From Mixta theicola (GTDB taxonomy: Bacteria > Pseudomonadota > Gammaproteobacteria > Enterobacterales > Enterobacteriaceae), in contig NZ_NWUO01000007.1 of NCBI RefSeq assembly GCF_002895925.1, positions 137,252 through 169,251 on the forward strand: a stretch of DNA of 32,000 bases, in the 5' to 3' direction. Below are positions 17,175-27,657 of the stretch, in pieces (the first letter of the stretch is position 1; every line of letters starts with the position of its first letter). The notes beneath the pieces were generated by a model. That model saw only the letters and a program-made list of their open reading frames with translations. It was not told the origin of the DNA and ran no database searches. Made by a program: the position numbers and the translations under genes.

Positions 17175-19892
17175 TTTATTCACTACATTACTACCACATA
17201 GTCCGTAGCGCTGGCTGTAATATGACGATTCCCCTGTTGATGACACCAAAATGACGTATGCTGCGGGACGATGCTGCTTTTTGCGAAACTGCTCCAGCGT
17301 TTCATCGTCAGGGCAAGCAAAATTTCCTGATTGTTTCTTCCACCACGACAGGCGTACAGACAGGCGACTTTTTTCCCAAACAAAATCACCTTCGCTAACT
17401 AGGGGGTGTAACACTCTATTTTCATCCTGCCAGGCAAGATATAGATCAACGCTTTCCTCGCCCAGGCGTGTTGAAAACTCTCGCTCTTTATCCCATAGAA
17501 AATCACTGGCTTCTCTGTCGTAGCCTTTATCTCGTCGCAATAAGTTTTGAGCCGCAACAGCGCGTTGGCTTAATATTTTACCGAACGCTATATCAGAAAT
17601 AGTTAATAAGTCGGAAGGCGCTGTTATTTCTTGTCCATAAACGCCATCGATCAACATTCGGGCGCTTTCGGGCATGCGTATTTCCCCAGCTTGTTTAAGC
17701 AGCGCCTGCGTACGCCATAAACAGGCATGATCGGGATAAACGGCTCCGGTGCCGCGCAGTTCCTGTCCCAGCCAGTCCCGTTCCGCCTGCGGCTGCCATT
17801 CAGGCGCGAGGATATGCAGCACTGGCGGGTGCCGCTCATCAGGCAAAGTGGTTTTACATTTTCCCTGTACATTGCGGATATGACGCTGCAAACGGCCTGC
17901 TCGTTGAATAAGTAAATCGATGGGCGCTAAATCAGAGATCATCCAGTCAAAATCGAGATCCAGACTCTGCTCAACAACCTGCGTTGCAATTAGCACTTTC
18001 CCGCGACGTTCCGAAACCGGCGCATCCTTGCCGAACCAGCTTAACGTTTTTTCTTCAATCGCCATTCGATCCGCAAAGGCAAAACGGCTATGGAACAACA
18101 ATAGGTCCTGCTCGGGTATTTTCGCTTCATTTAGGAGCTGCCGAAAAACATTCAGCGCATCGTCAACGGTATTTCGAATCCAGCAAACGCATCCGCCGAA
18201 TTCCACTACCTGATAAATAATATCCAGCGCATCTTTGCACGTATGGATCCAGTTCACAGCTACCGTACGCTTTACTTCCGAACGCGTTGTTAGCGGTTGT
18301 TCTGAAAGGCCAGCAGAAGAAAGATGACTTAACCATGGGTAACTGGCTTCTTCACTAATATTTGTGGTGGGGTATCCGGCTCCTTCATTAAATGCGCAGA
18401 TTAATTTTTCTCGCAGTGCGGCGGGTAATGTCGCGCTTAAAATGATGGCGCTGCCGCCCTGGGCGGCATGAAAGCGGAGCAGCCCCTCCAGCAGCTTCAC
18501 CATATAACCATCGTAGGCATGCACCTCATCCAGCAACAAAATTTTGTCGAGCATTCCCAGCAGACGCAAGGATTGATGGCGAAATGGCATCACCGCCATC
18601 AGTAGCTGATCCAGTGTGCCAACGCCAACTTCCGCCAGTAAGGCTTTTTTACGCGAATCGGCAAACCAGGCATGGCATTCCGCCTGCGCACTGCTTTCAT
18701 TGCGCGCATAATCTTCAGCCTGATTTTTTTCACCGGGTTGCCAGATGGACTGCTGAAAAGAGGCGGCCATTTCGCGCCCGCCATGCGCCAGTATCAGCGA
18801 GGGTCTGGCATCATCAACAAACAGCGCGCGATAAGCTTTTGCCAGTCGCGAGTACATCGCGTTAGCGGTCGCCATCGTCGGCAGACCGACATATAACCCT
18901 TTCCCTTTACCGGCAGATAATAAACGATGGGTCAGAATCATCGCTGCCTCAGTTTTTCCAGCACCTGTGACATCTTCCATAATAATCAGCTGTGGGCCAG
19001 ACGCTGAAATATCCAGCGTAGCCGCTCGTTGCTGGAGCGGCGTTAGCGTTTTGATAAACGGGAACAGTGCCTGATGGCTGGTATAATGACTATATGCTGA
19101 TAAAGGCGGGATATTTTCAATCGCTCGCCGGGCTTTTTCGCAGGCGAGCGGCCAATAATCTTGCAGGGTAACCGGAGCGGCAATAAGCGGAAACTGAGTT
19201 TCGTCAGATCCTATCCAGTCCGCCAACGTCATTATGCCGGCAAAAAACCAGCTTTGCTGCCTTAAAATTTTTTTTGCTGTTTTTTTCTGCCATTCCTGCG
19301 GCAGTGTGAAAGGAAACAGCTGGCTCAACGTCTCAAGATAATTTTTGGCGGCAACGATATCGTCGCCGTCGAACGCCAGCGGGCTGCTATTTTTTAACGT
19401 ATCTGGAGGAATGCCATGATGTCCGGTGCTAATGGATAACCAGATAGTTAACGCGCTTTCAAATTTTTCGCGATCTTCTCGGGCAACATTAGAAATTATT
19501 TGATTGCTATCACTACACCAGTCTTTAAATAATCTATCCCATAAATAAAAGCCCAGCGAATCATGGCGTTCAGGCGCGAAAATATGGCTTACAGGCGGAG
19601 CTAATGGCGAATCAGGAAACACAGCATATTTTTGAAATCCCCTGGCGAACTTACCTATATCATGGCAGGCGAAGAGCCAGGCAATCCAGTTAGCGGTATC
19701 TTTCTCAGCAATGCCACATTTATGAAGCATGTTATTAATATTAAAGATATTATGTTTAACTAAATAATATCCGCATGCGGCGACATCAAGGCAGTGATAG
19801 GGCAGCAGATGATAAGGATCATTTTTATTGTTGCTGGATTTGTTAGTTTTTCCCCAGTAGAGAAGAAAGTCAGGAGTTGTTAACACCGTCAT
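17172..19892 (-). CDS. cas3: Cas3 HD nuclease / SF2 helicase, type I-E
   Basis: 906-aa ORF. N-terminal HD domain (HCLDVAA..., CHDIGKF, HHG), Walker A DVTGAGKTEAA, DEAH-like LLDEVHAYD, and helicase motif VI QRAGRLQRH. Its size is similar to E. coli Cas3. Confidence 0.95.
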   Translation of the reverse strand: MTVLTTPDFLLYWGKTNKSSNNKNDPYHLLPYHCLDVAACGYYLVKHNIFNINNMLHKCGIAEKDTANWIAWLFACHDIGKFARGFQKYAVFPDSPLAPPVSHIFAPERHDSLGFYLWDRLFKDWCSDSNQIISNVAREDREKFESALTIWLSISTGHHGIPPDTLKNSSPLAFDGDDIVAAKNYLETLSQLFPFTLPQEWQKKTAKKILRQQSWFFAGIMTLADWIGSDETQFPLIAAPVTLQDYWPLACEKARRAIENIPPLSAYSHYTSHQALFPFIKTLTPLQQRAATLDISASGPQLIIMEDVTGAGKTEAAMILTHRLLSAGKGKGLYVGLPTMATANAMYSRLAKAYRALFVDDARPSLILAHGGREMAASFQQSIWQPGEKNQAEDYARNESSAQAECHAWFADSRKKALLAEVGVGTLDQLLMAVMPFRHQSLRLLGMLDKILLLDEVHAYDGYMVKLLEGLLRFHAAQGGSAIILSATLPAALREKLICAFNEGAGYPTTNISEEASYPWLSHLSSAGLSEQPLTTRSEVKRTVAVNWIHTCKDALDIIYQVVEFGGCVCWIRNTVDDALNVFRQLLNEAKIPEQDLLLFHSRFAFADRMAIEEKTLSWFGKDAPVSERRGKVLIATQVVEQSLDLDFDWMISDLAPIDLLIQRAGRLQRHIRNVQGKCKTTLPDERHPPVLHILAPEWQPQAERDWLGQELRGTGAVYPDHACLWRTQALLKQAGEIRMPESARMLIDGVYGQEITAPSDLLTISDIAFGKILSQRAVAAQNLLRRDKGYDREASDFLWDKEREFSTRLGEESVDLYLAWQDENRVLHPLVSEGDFVWEKSRLSVRLSWWKKQSGNFACPDDETLEQFRKKQHRPAAYVILVSSTGESSYYSQRYGLCGSNVVNK

Positions 19893-20004
19893 GTTTTTAT
19901 CCTACACCTTATACGGAATAATGCTGACGATTTTAATATGCTACCAGAATGAACTGAACACAATTTTATACAACGCTTATATGAATGTAATTAAGATTAA
20001 AGTC

Positions 20005-20084
20005 TATTTTCCCCCGCTGACGGGGAAGCGCTCTGTTAAAGATTGTATAACTGGTGTTTTATCCCTGTAAGCATCAAGGAAGTT
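20005..20084 (-). other. two inverted CRISPR-repeat-like units flanking a 24-nt spacer-like segment (candidate psi-crRNA / relic mini-array) upstream of cas3
   Basis: Read on the minus strand. Unit B (20084->20055) is AACTTCCTTGATGCTTACAGGGATAAAACA, containing GGGATAAA, an exact 8-mer of the repeat 3' end. Then comes CCAGTTATACAATCTTTAACAGAG (20054->20031). Unit A (20030->20005) is CGCTTCCCCGTCAGCGGGGGAAAATA, containing TTCCCCG and CAGCGGGG, exact 7- and 8-mers of the repeat, with the stem-loop CCCCG-TCAG-CGGGG. Confidence 0.5.
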
Positions 20085-20195
20085 TCTTTCGTGCTAACCC
20101 ATGAGGAAATGCTGTTGTTGGCATTCCTAGTCTCTGTAATGAAGCGCTAACGTCCGGCTGGCCCCTCTTTGGGCCAGTCTTACAGGAGTAACAAG

Positions 20196-21752
20196 ATGGA
20201 TTTGACTCAGGAGAAATGGCTTCCTGTCGTTCTGCATGATGGAAAGAAAACCCGAATTTCTCTGTCGGAGCTGTTAAACGACAATATTATTGATGTCGCC
20301 TGGCCACGGGCTGATTTTCAGGGGGCGTCATGGCAAATGTTGATCGGCGTGCTGCAATGTGCCGTTGCGCCAGAAGAAGAGGATGACTGGAAAGATACCT
20401 GGGATGACGGTATTGATGCTGAAGAATGGGCGCTGGGGTTGCAACGTATCTCTTGCGCCTTACGCTTTGGCGCTGAAAAGCCTTCCTTTCTGCAAAGCTT
20501 TGAGCCGTTAGAAAGTGAAGCCAGCCCCATTTCCGGGCTATTGATTGATGCGCCTGGCGGTAACACGCTTAAGTTCAACAAAGATCATTTTGTGAAGCGA
20601 GGCCGCACAGAACGTATCTGTCCCCACTGTGCGGTAATGGCGCTGTTTGCCATGCAAACCAACTCGCCGGCTGGCGGGGCAGGCTATCGGGTTAGTATGC
20701 GCGGTGGCGGGCCGCTAACCACCCTGGCTGTCCCACTGGAAGAAGAAAAATTCCCGCTGTGGAAAAAGCTTTGGCTGAACGTATTGCCGCAGGATGAGGC
20801 TTTGACGCCTGTACAGTTCCCCTCGGTTTTCCCCTGGCTTGCGCCGACCAAAACCAGCGAAAAAGCGGGGAACGTGGTGACGCCGGAAAACGCGCATCCG
20901 CTTCAGGCTTACTGGGGCATGCCGCGACGTATCGAACTGGATTTTAACCATACCGTAAGCGGCATCTGCGATTTATGTGGCGAACCCCATGAGCAACTGC
21001 TGCTGCAAATCCGCGTAAAAAATTATGGTGTTCAGTATGAAGGTTGGCTACACCCACTTTCGCCGTATCGCCAGGCGCTGAAAGATCTCTCCGCGCCCTG
21101 GCTGGCGTTAAAAGGCCAACCGGGCGGGTTAAGTTATAAAGACTGGCTGGGCCTGAGCCTGGAGCGTGCCGATAAATTTAATAAAAACCAGCCTGCGAAA
21201 GTGGTGCGCGCCGCCAGCAGAAGAATTAATGGCGGAATGTGGTGCTTCGCCTGGGATATGGACAATGCCAAAGCGCGCTGTTGGTATCAGCATCGCATTC
21301 CACTTATTCCCGCTGATTCAGATCTCTTGCAGATCGCTGTTTATCACGTGCTGCAGCTGGCGACAGAAACATTGCCTCTGCTAAGAAATGCGCTGAAAAG
21401 CGCTAAATTTGAGCATCCTAAAGAGGCGAAGTTTGATTCCAGTATGGTGGATATCGCTTTCTGGCAGGAAACTGAACCCGCTTTCCGCAAACTGCTTGAT
21501 ATTTTAATAGCGGACCCGCCGCGTAAGAATGCGCCTGCGCGCCGGGCGCTGCGCCAGTGGGATAGTGAGCTGCATACCTACGCGCTGCGCGTTTTCGATC
21601 GTGATGCGCTAACCGACCCCGATAGCCCAACGGATATTCTGCTGCGACAGATTGAAGCCCGACGCACGCTGGATGGCAGCTATCGTAAGCTCAAAGCGCG
21701 CAAAGAAGTCCTGGCGCTGGCAGAAGAAGAAAAGGAGACCAAACGTGCTTAA
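20196..21752 (+). CDS. casA: Cse1/Cas8e (CasA), Cascade large subunit
   Basis: The ORF track starts at TTG 20169, but ATG 20196 has the SD AGGAG 7 nt upstream and gives MDLTQEKWLPVV..., typical of Cse1 N-termini. It is first in the cse1-cse2-cas7-cas5-cas6e order. Confidence 0.9.
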   Translation: MDLTQEKWLPVVLHDGKKTRISLSELLNDNIIDVAWPRADFQGASWQMLIGVLQCAVAPEEEDDWKDTWDDGIDAEEWALGLQRISCALRFGAEKPSFLQSFEPLESEASPISGLLIDAPGGNTLKFNKDHFVKRGRTERICPHCAVMALFAMQTNSPAGGAGYRVSMRGGGPLTTLAVPLEEEKFPLWKKLWLNVLPQDEALTPVQFPSVFPWLAPTKTSEKAGNVVTPENAHPLQAYWGMPRRIELDFNHTVSGICDLCGEPHEQLLLQIRVKNYGVQYEGWLHPLSPYRQALKDLSAPWLALKGQPGGLSYKDWLGLSLERADKFNKNQPAKVVRAASRRINGGMWCFAWDMDNAKARCWYQHRIPLIPADSDLLQIAVYHVLQLATETLPLLRNALKSAKFEHPKEAKFDSSMVDIAFWQETEPAFRKLLDILIADPPRKNAPARRALRQWDSELHTYALRVFDRDALTDPDSPTDILLRQIEARRTLDGSYRKLKARKEVLALAEEEKETKRA

Positions 21753-22347
21753 CAATGATACTGCCGCGATGCGAAAAATTACCCACCCTGAGGCGCAAAA
21801 AGCGCTGCTTGACTGGTTCGCTATTTTGTCGGAGCGCTATGCAATTTCAGATAAAAAGCAGGTCAATGGCCGCGCCTGGCGCGCTGAGCTTAAACGTATG
21901 GAACTACCTTATGGCGTAATGATGTGTGAAGGCTATAACAATCTTCGGCAGCGGCTTAATGAACATATGCCGCTGCGCCCTGTTGATGAAATGGCGCTGG
22001 CGTTATTCGTCAGCGTTGCTGCACATATCAAAAGCGATGAACGTGCATTAAGTTTCGCCGCGCAGCTGGGTGAACAGATCACAGGAGCTAAATCGGTGCT
22101 TTCTTCCCTGCGCTTTGAACGCCTGCAAAAAGCCAACGATCCTGAAAATTTTTGTCAGCTGCTTATTCGGGCGGTAAAAATTCGCGCGGAGTATGGCGTT
22201 AATGTGCTCTCTCTTGCCGACAGTATCTTCCTGTGGATGGAGGAATGGCTACGACGGGAAGAGCATCTGCCTGAAAACAGCAACCCTTTTGCACGTAACC
22301 GTATCCGTTGGGCCAGCGAATACCTTTCTACCGCACGCGCTAAATAA
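21745..22347 (+). CDS. casB: Cse2/Cas11 (CasB), Cascade small subunit
   Basis: GTG 21745 is preceded by AAGGAG (21732-21737) and overlaps the cse1 stop by 8 nt. ATG 21769 is an alternative start. The helical, basic protein of about 200 aa sits in the canonical position. The longer ORF-track start at 21652 lies inside cse1. Confidence 0.8.
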   Translation: MLNNDTAAMRKITHPEAQKALLDWFAILSERYAISDKKQVNGRAWRAELKRMELPYGVMMCEGYNNLRQRLNEHMPLRPVDEMALALFVSVAAHIKSDERALSFAAQLGEQITGAKSVLSSLRFERLQKANDPENFCQLLIRAVKIRAEYGVNVLSLADSIFLWMEEWLRREEHLPENSNPFARNRIRWASEYLSTARAK

Positions 22348-22369
22348 ACATTTTTAGAAGGATTTAACG

Positions 22370-23428
22370 ATGACCACTTTTATTCAGCTTCACTTACTCA
22401 CTGCGTATGCGCCCGCTAATCTCAACCGCGATGACGCCGGGCGGCCGAAAACCGCCTTCATGGGCGGCGTAGAGCGTCTGCGCGTATCATCACAAAGCCT
22501 GAAGCGCGCCTGGCGTTGTTCGGAAACCTTCGAAGATACAATGGGTGGCTATATCGGTAAACGTACCCGTCGCATCGGCATAGAGTATGTTTATCAGCCG
22601 ATGACAGACGCAGGCGTTGCGGAAAAAATGGCATCTGCCGCAGCGGAAAAAATTGCCGCTCAGTTTGGCTCGCTTAAAAAAGATAAGAACGCATCATCGG
22701 TTGAGAAAAAACTCGAAATTGAACAAATCGTTCATGTCAGCCGCTACGAAATCGATCTGATTAAACAGCTGGTTGACGTTCTGATTGCCGAACAACGTAC
22801 TCCTGGTGAAGAGGAGGTGAAGTTACTGCGTAAAGAACAGCGTAGCGTAGATATGGCCTTGTTTGGTCGAATGCTGGCTTCCTCGCCGGAGTTTAATGTA
22901 GAAGCCGCCTGCCAGGTTTCGCATGCGTTAGGCGTCAGCGCCGTCACCATTGAGGATGACTTTTTCACCGCCGTTGACGATCTGAACAAGAAAGAAGATG
23001 CAGGCTCCGCCCATATGGGCGAGCAGGGTTTTGCTTCAGCGCTTTTTTATACCTATATCTGCATCAGCCGCGATTTACTGATAAAAAATCTTGGCGGTGA
23101 TGAAGAACTGGCGAAACGTGTTATCGCCGCGCTCACAGAAACGGCCTTAACAGTATCGCCGACCGGAAAACAGAACAGCTTTGCTTCCCGTGCTTATGCT
23201 TCCTATGCCCTGGCTGAAATTGGCCAACGGCAGCCGCGTTCGCTGGCTGCGGCATTTTTTCAGCCGGTGCGTGAAGCCGATCAGATCCCGGCGGCCATTG
23301 TCCGTTTAAAACACCAGCGGGAGAGCTTCGAGCATGCTTACGGAAAATGTACTGATGCGCATCAAGAGCTGAATGTACCGGAAGGTCAGGGAACCCTGGC
23401 GGAACTGCTGGCCTTTGTCAGCCAGTAA
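22370..23428 (+). CDS. casC: Cas7e (Cse4/CasC), Cascade backbone subunit
   Basis: 352 aa. MTTFIQLHLLTAYAPANLNRDDAGRPKTAFMGGVERLRVSSQSLKRAWR is the hallmark Cas7e N-terminus. SD AAGGA upstream. Confidence 0.95.
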   Translation: MTTFIQLHLLTAYAPANLNRDDAGRPKTAFMGGVERLRVSSQSLKRAWRCSETFEDTMGGYIGKRTRRIGIEYVYQPMTDAGVAEKMASAAAEKIAAQFGSLKKDKNASSVEKKLEIEQIVHVSRYEIDLIKQLVDVLIAEQRTPGEEEVKLLRKEQRSVDMALFGRMLASSPEFNVEAACQVSHALGVSAVTIEDDFFTAVDDLNKKEDAGSAHMGEQGFASALFYTYICISRDLLIKNLGGDEELAKRVIAALTETALTVSPTGKQNSFASRAYASYALAEIGQRQPRSLAAAFFQPVREADQIPAAIVRLKHQRESFEHAYGKCTDAHQELNVPEGQGTLAELLAFVSQ

Positions 23429-23437
23429 GGATGAACA

Positions 23438-24163
23438 ATGAAGGAATATCTGGTTTTCCAGCTTTATTCGCCGCTCGCCTCATGGGGCGAAGAGGCGGTT
23501 GGCGAAATCCGCCATTCCGCTACGGTGCCTGGTCGATCCGCACTGCTGGGATTACTGGCGGCAGCGATAGGGATAGAGCGTGATGAAGAACAAAAGCTGA
23601 ACACATTTAATCAACATTATCATCTGGCGGTACATGCGCTGGCGTCGCAGGATCGCTGGCTGCGTGACTACCACACCGTTAGCGCCCCGCGGGAAAATAA
23701 AAAGTATCGCTACTACACGCGCCGGGATGAGCTTTGCCTCGCGCCTGAGGAGGTCGGTACCTTGATCTCGCAACGGGAGTATCGCTGTGACGGCTACTGG
23801 CATGTAGCGGTGAGCGCAACGCCCGGTGCGCCATATTCACTTACGGCTTTATGTGATGGATTATTGACGCCGCATTTTCCTCTTTATCTGGGACGAAAAT
23901 CCTGCCCTCTGGCGCTGCCCCTGGCGCCACAATTAATGGACGGTTCGCTGAAAGATGTTTTTATCCGCGCGGCAAAAGAGATAACGCCAGCAGAATTAAC
24001 CGGCTTTACGTTGAGCGAAGGCCTTTGTTACTGGGATGATCCGCAAGAGGCGAGCCTGAAGTGGCAGCAGAAGCAGCGTAGCAACAGTCAACCACTAAGC
24101 CGGCAGCGCTGGCAGTTTGGCAGTTATACCCGTTTTTGCGGGCAGCTGCAGGAGAGGGAATAA
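23438..24163 (+). CDS. casD: Cas5e (CasD)
   Basis: 241 aa. MKEYLVFQLYSPLASWGEEAVGEIRHS and LGRKSCP motifs are typical of Cas5e. SD AAGGA upstream. Confidence 0.93.
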   Translation: MKEYLVFQLYSPLASWGEEAVGEIRHSATVPGRSALLGLLAAAIGIERDEEQKLNTFNQHYHLAVHALASQDRWLRDYHTVSAPRENKKYRYYTRRDELCLAPEEVGTLISQREYRCDGYWHVAVSATPGAPYSLTALCDGLLTPHFPLYLGRKSCPLALPLAPQLMDGSLKDVFIRAAKEITPAELTGFTLSEGLCYWDDPQEASLKWQQKQRSNSQPLSRQRWQFGSYTRFCGQLQERE

Positions 24164-24866
24164 TGTATCTGTCTCGTATTCAGCTTTTGTTTAACCAGCT
24201 TACTCCCGACATGCTGAAAAAATGGGATTCTGCGGCTCCGTACGCCAGCCACCAGTGGCTATGGCAACTTTTTCCCGATCGGGAAACACGTCAGTTCCTG
24301 TTCCGTCAGGACGATCGTGGATGTTTTTTTATGTTATCGGCCATACCGCCGTTAGCACAGCATGCTCTGTTCAGGATCGAAACGAAGCCCTTTCAGCCGC
24401 AGCTAACCGAAGGCGTTTTGCTTGATTTTCAGCTGCGCGCTAATGCGGTTGTCACGCGTAATAACAAACGTAGTGATGTAATGATGGATGCTAAATATCA
24501 GGCGAAGACACAGGGTGTGCCGCAAGAACAATGGTGGGAACTACAGCAGCAGGCGGCCCAAGCCTGGCTTCAAAAGCAGGGCGAAAAACACGGGTTTCGT
24601 CTGGTTGAGCCGGAAATCGATGATTTCGCTCTCTGGGCCGGTGATGATGATGGGGAAAATCTGACGCGGGTCACCTGCGTAAAGACTTATCAACAGCACC
24701 GTTTTTTACGCAAACCGCATGAGAACCCGGTCGTTTTCAGCAGCGTGGATTTTGAAGGGACGCTTTGCATCACCGAACCCGCCTTATTTGAGCAGGCATT
24801 GTTTTCTGGGCTTGGCAAAAGCAAAGCGCTGGGCTGCGGTATGCTAATGATAAAAAGAAAACGCTG

Positions 24867-24867
<1 letters not shown>
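24163..24867 (+). CDS. casE: Cas6e (Cse3/CasE) pre-crRNA endoribonuclease
   Basis: ATG 24163 overlaps the cas5 stop (TAATG) and gives MYLSRIQL..., as E. coli Cas6e starts MYLSK. The C-terminal GLGKSKALGCGMLMI matches the Cas6e G-rich loop. Confidence 0.92.
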
Positions 24868-26071
<1,204 letters not shown>

Positions 26072-26164
26072 AATCAAGAGGTTATTGATCTTTAAAAACA
26101 GAGGAAATTTGGTGGAATTAAATGATTTAAATAAATCCTTTAAATTCAATCATATAATTTTAGA
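26072..26164 (+). promoter_or_regulatory. CRISPR2 leader
   Basis: AT-rich 93 nt between the cas2 stop and repeat 1. It is homologous in ordered blocks to leader 1, with an identical ATAATTTTAGAG junction. Confidence 0.8.
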
Positions 26165-27657
26165 GTGTTCCCCGCGCCAGCGGGGATAAACCGGCGATAA
26201 GACCCACTGGATTCTGTTTCTGAAGGTGTTCCCCGCGCCAGCGGGGATAAACCGGGCGGGTATAGCTCATTCAATAAAATTCAGCGGTGTTCCCCGCGCC
26301 AGCGGGGATAAACCGGTTCGTATTTCCTGTTCTCTGGCACTGCAAGAGTGTTCCCCGCGCCAGCGGGGATAAACCGCGATCCCCACCATGCCAGATGTAG
26401 GCATCGACGTGTTCCCCGCGCCAGCGGGGATAAACCGCACATCCTTAAGATCAAGAAATGAGCGACATTGTGTTCCCCGCGCCAGCGGGGATAAACCGCC
26501 AACCACTCATCCGGGCAAAACTGCATTTAAGTGTTCCCCGCGCCAGCGGGGATAAACCGGTCCGTTGAGTTAGCGTTACGGGCAGTCTCACGTGTTCCCC
26601 GCGCCAGCGGGGATAAACCGCATTCTCATATGCCCTGTACGCGGGATTCTGAGTGTTCCCCGCGCCAGCGGGGATAAACCGCGACCAGTACACGTCAGCA
26701 GAGATGCCCAGCAGTGTTCCCCGCGCCAGCGGGGATAAACCGCACTGAATTTGCCTCCCATGTGAAGGCCACCTGTGTTCCCCGCGCCAGCGGGGATAAA
26801 CCGAACATAGTCACAATCGGCATACAAAAGCGCGTGTGTTCCCCGCGCCAGCGGGGATAAACCGCTATGCGTGAGCATTGAAGATAAGAGAAAATAGTGT
26901 TCCCCGCGCCAGCGGGGATAAACCGTTGTTTCGTTGCGAGGTCAGCACCATAGTGGTGTGTTCCCCGCGCCAGCGGGGATAAACCGGATAATCTGAGGTT
27001 TAACCCCAAGGTTATCTAGTGTTCCCCGCGCCAGCGGGGATAAACCGGCATGGTTCCATTGGTTCTTGCTCTTCTTGTTGTGTTCCCCGCGCCAGCGGGG
27101 ATAAACCGTGATAACTCATATTTAACTCCATTTATTTAATGTGTTCCCCGCGCCAGCGGGGATAAACCGCCGCTTTTATCGTTGTTCCTGATCCCATAAA
27201 AGTGTTCCCCGCGCCAGCGGGGATAAACCGGTTCGTTGGGGGTGTAACTCATGAGGTGCTCCGTGTTCCCCGCGCCAGCGGGGATAAACCGGCTCATTAG
27301 GGTCCACGCATGGCCTGACCATTGTGTTCCCCGCGCCAGCGGGGATAAACCGAACATCCGTCTAACGCTATTCCCCGTCTTTCGGTGTTCCCCGCGCCAG
27401 CGGGGATAAACCGCAATTGGGTCTGGAGTACCTGAGTCGTTGTGGGTGTTCCCCGCGCCAGCGGGGATAAACCGTCACTGTAGTTATAATACTCTATTAA
27501 ATAAATGTGTTCCCCGCGCCAGCGGGGATAAACCGGCTCACATAATAACGATAACAACACACACGCAGTGTTCCCCGCGCCAGCGGGGATAAACCGATGT
27601 TTCGGTTTGCCCACAGCTCGTTCCAGTGGTGTTCCCCGCGCCAGCGGGGATAAACCG
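26165..27657 (+). CRISPR. CRISPR2, type I-E array, 25 repeats / 24 spacers
   Basis: Same 29-nt repeat at 26165, 26226, ... 27629, all copies identical. Spacers are 32 nt except a 31-nt (26682-26712) and an adjacent 33-nt (26742-26774) spacer. Confidence 0.98.

Noticed and set aside
20101-20130. Mini-ORF ATG AGG AAA TGC TGT TGT TGG CAT TCC TAG (MRKCCCWHS) next to the inverted repeat-like units, considered as a CreT-like small toxin with a rare AGG codon
   Set aside because: It has no SD and no tandem rare codons. It would overlap the region where a promoter for the minus-strand units must lie, and I found no match between the 24-mer spacer-like segment and its surroundings. The case is too weak.
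20169-20195. Upstream starts offered by the ORF track for cse1 (TTG 20169), cse2 (21652) and cas6e (24136)
   Set aside because: The downstream starts (20196, 21745, 24163) have SD sequences or stop-start coupling and give canonical N-termini. The extensions overlap the preceding genes.
19893-20195. Search for a target of the 24-mer (CCAGTTATACAATCTTTAACAGAG) or of the relic spacer 17021-17051 in the cas3/cse1 promoter region
   Set aside because: Only partial matches were found, none seed-proximal: TTATACAA at about 19967, CTCTGT.AA.GA at 20132, and AACGTC at 20146 for the relic spacer. Each is compatible with chance in 300 bp.
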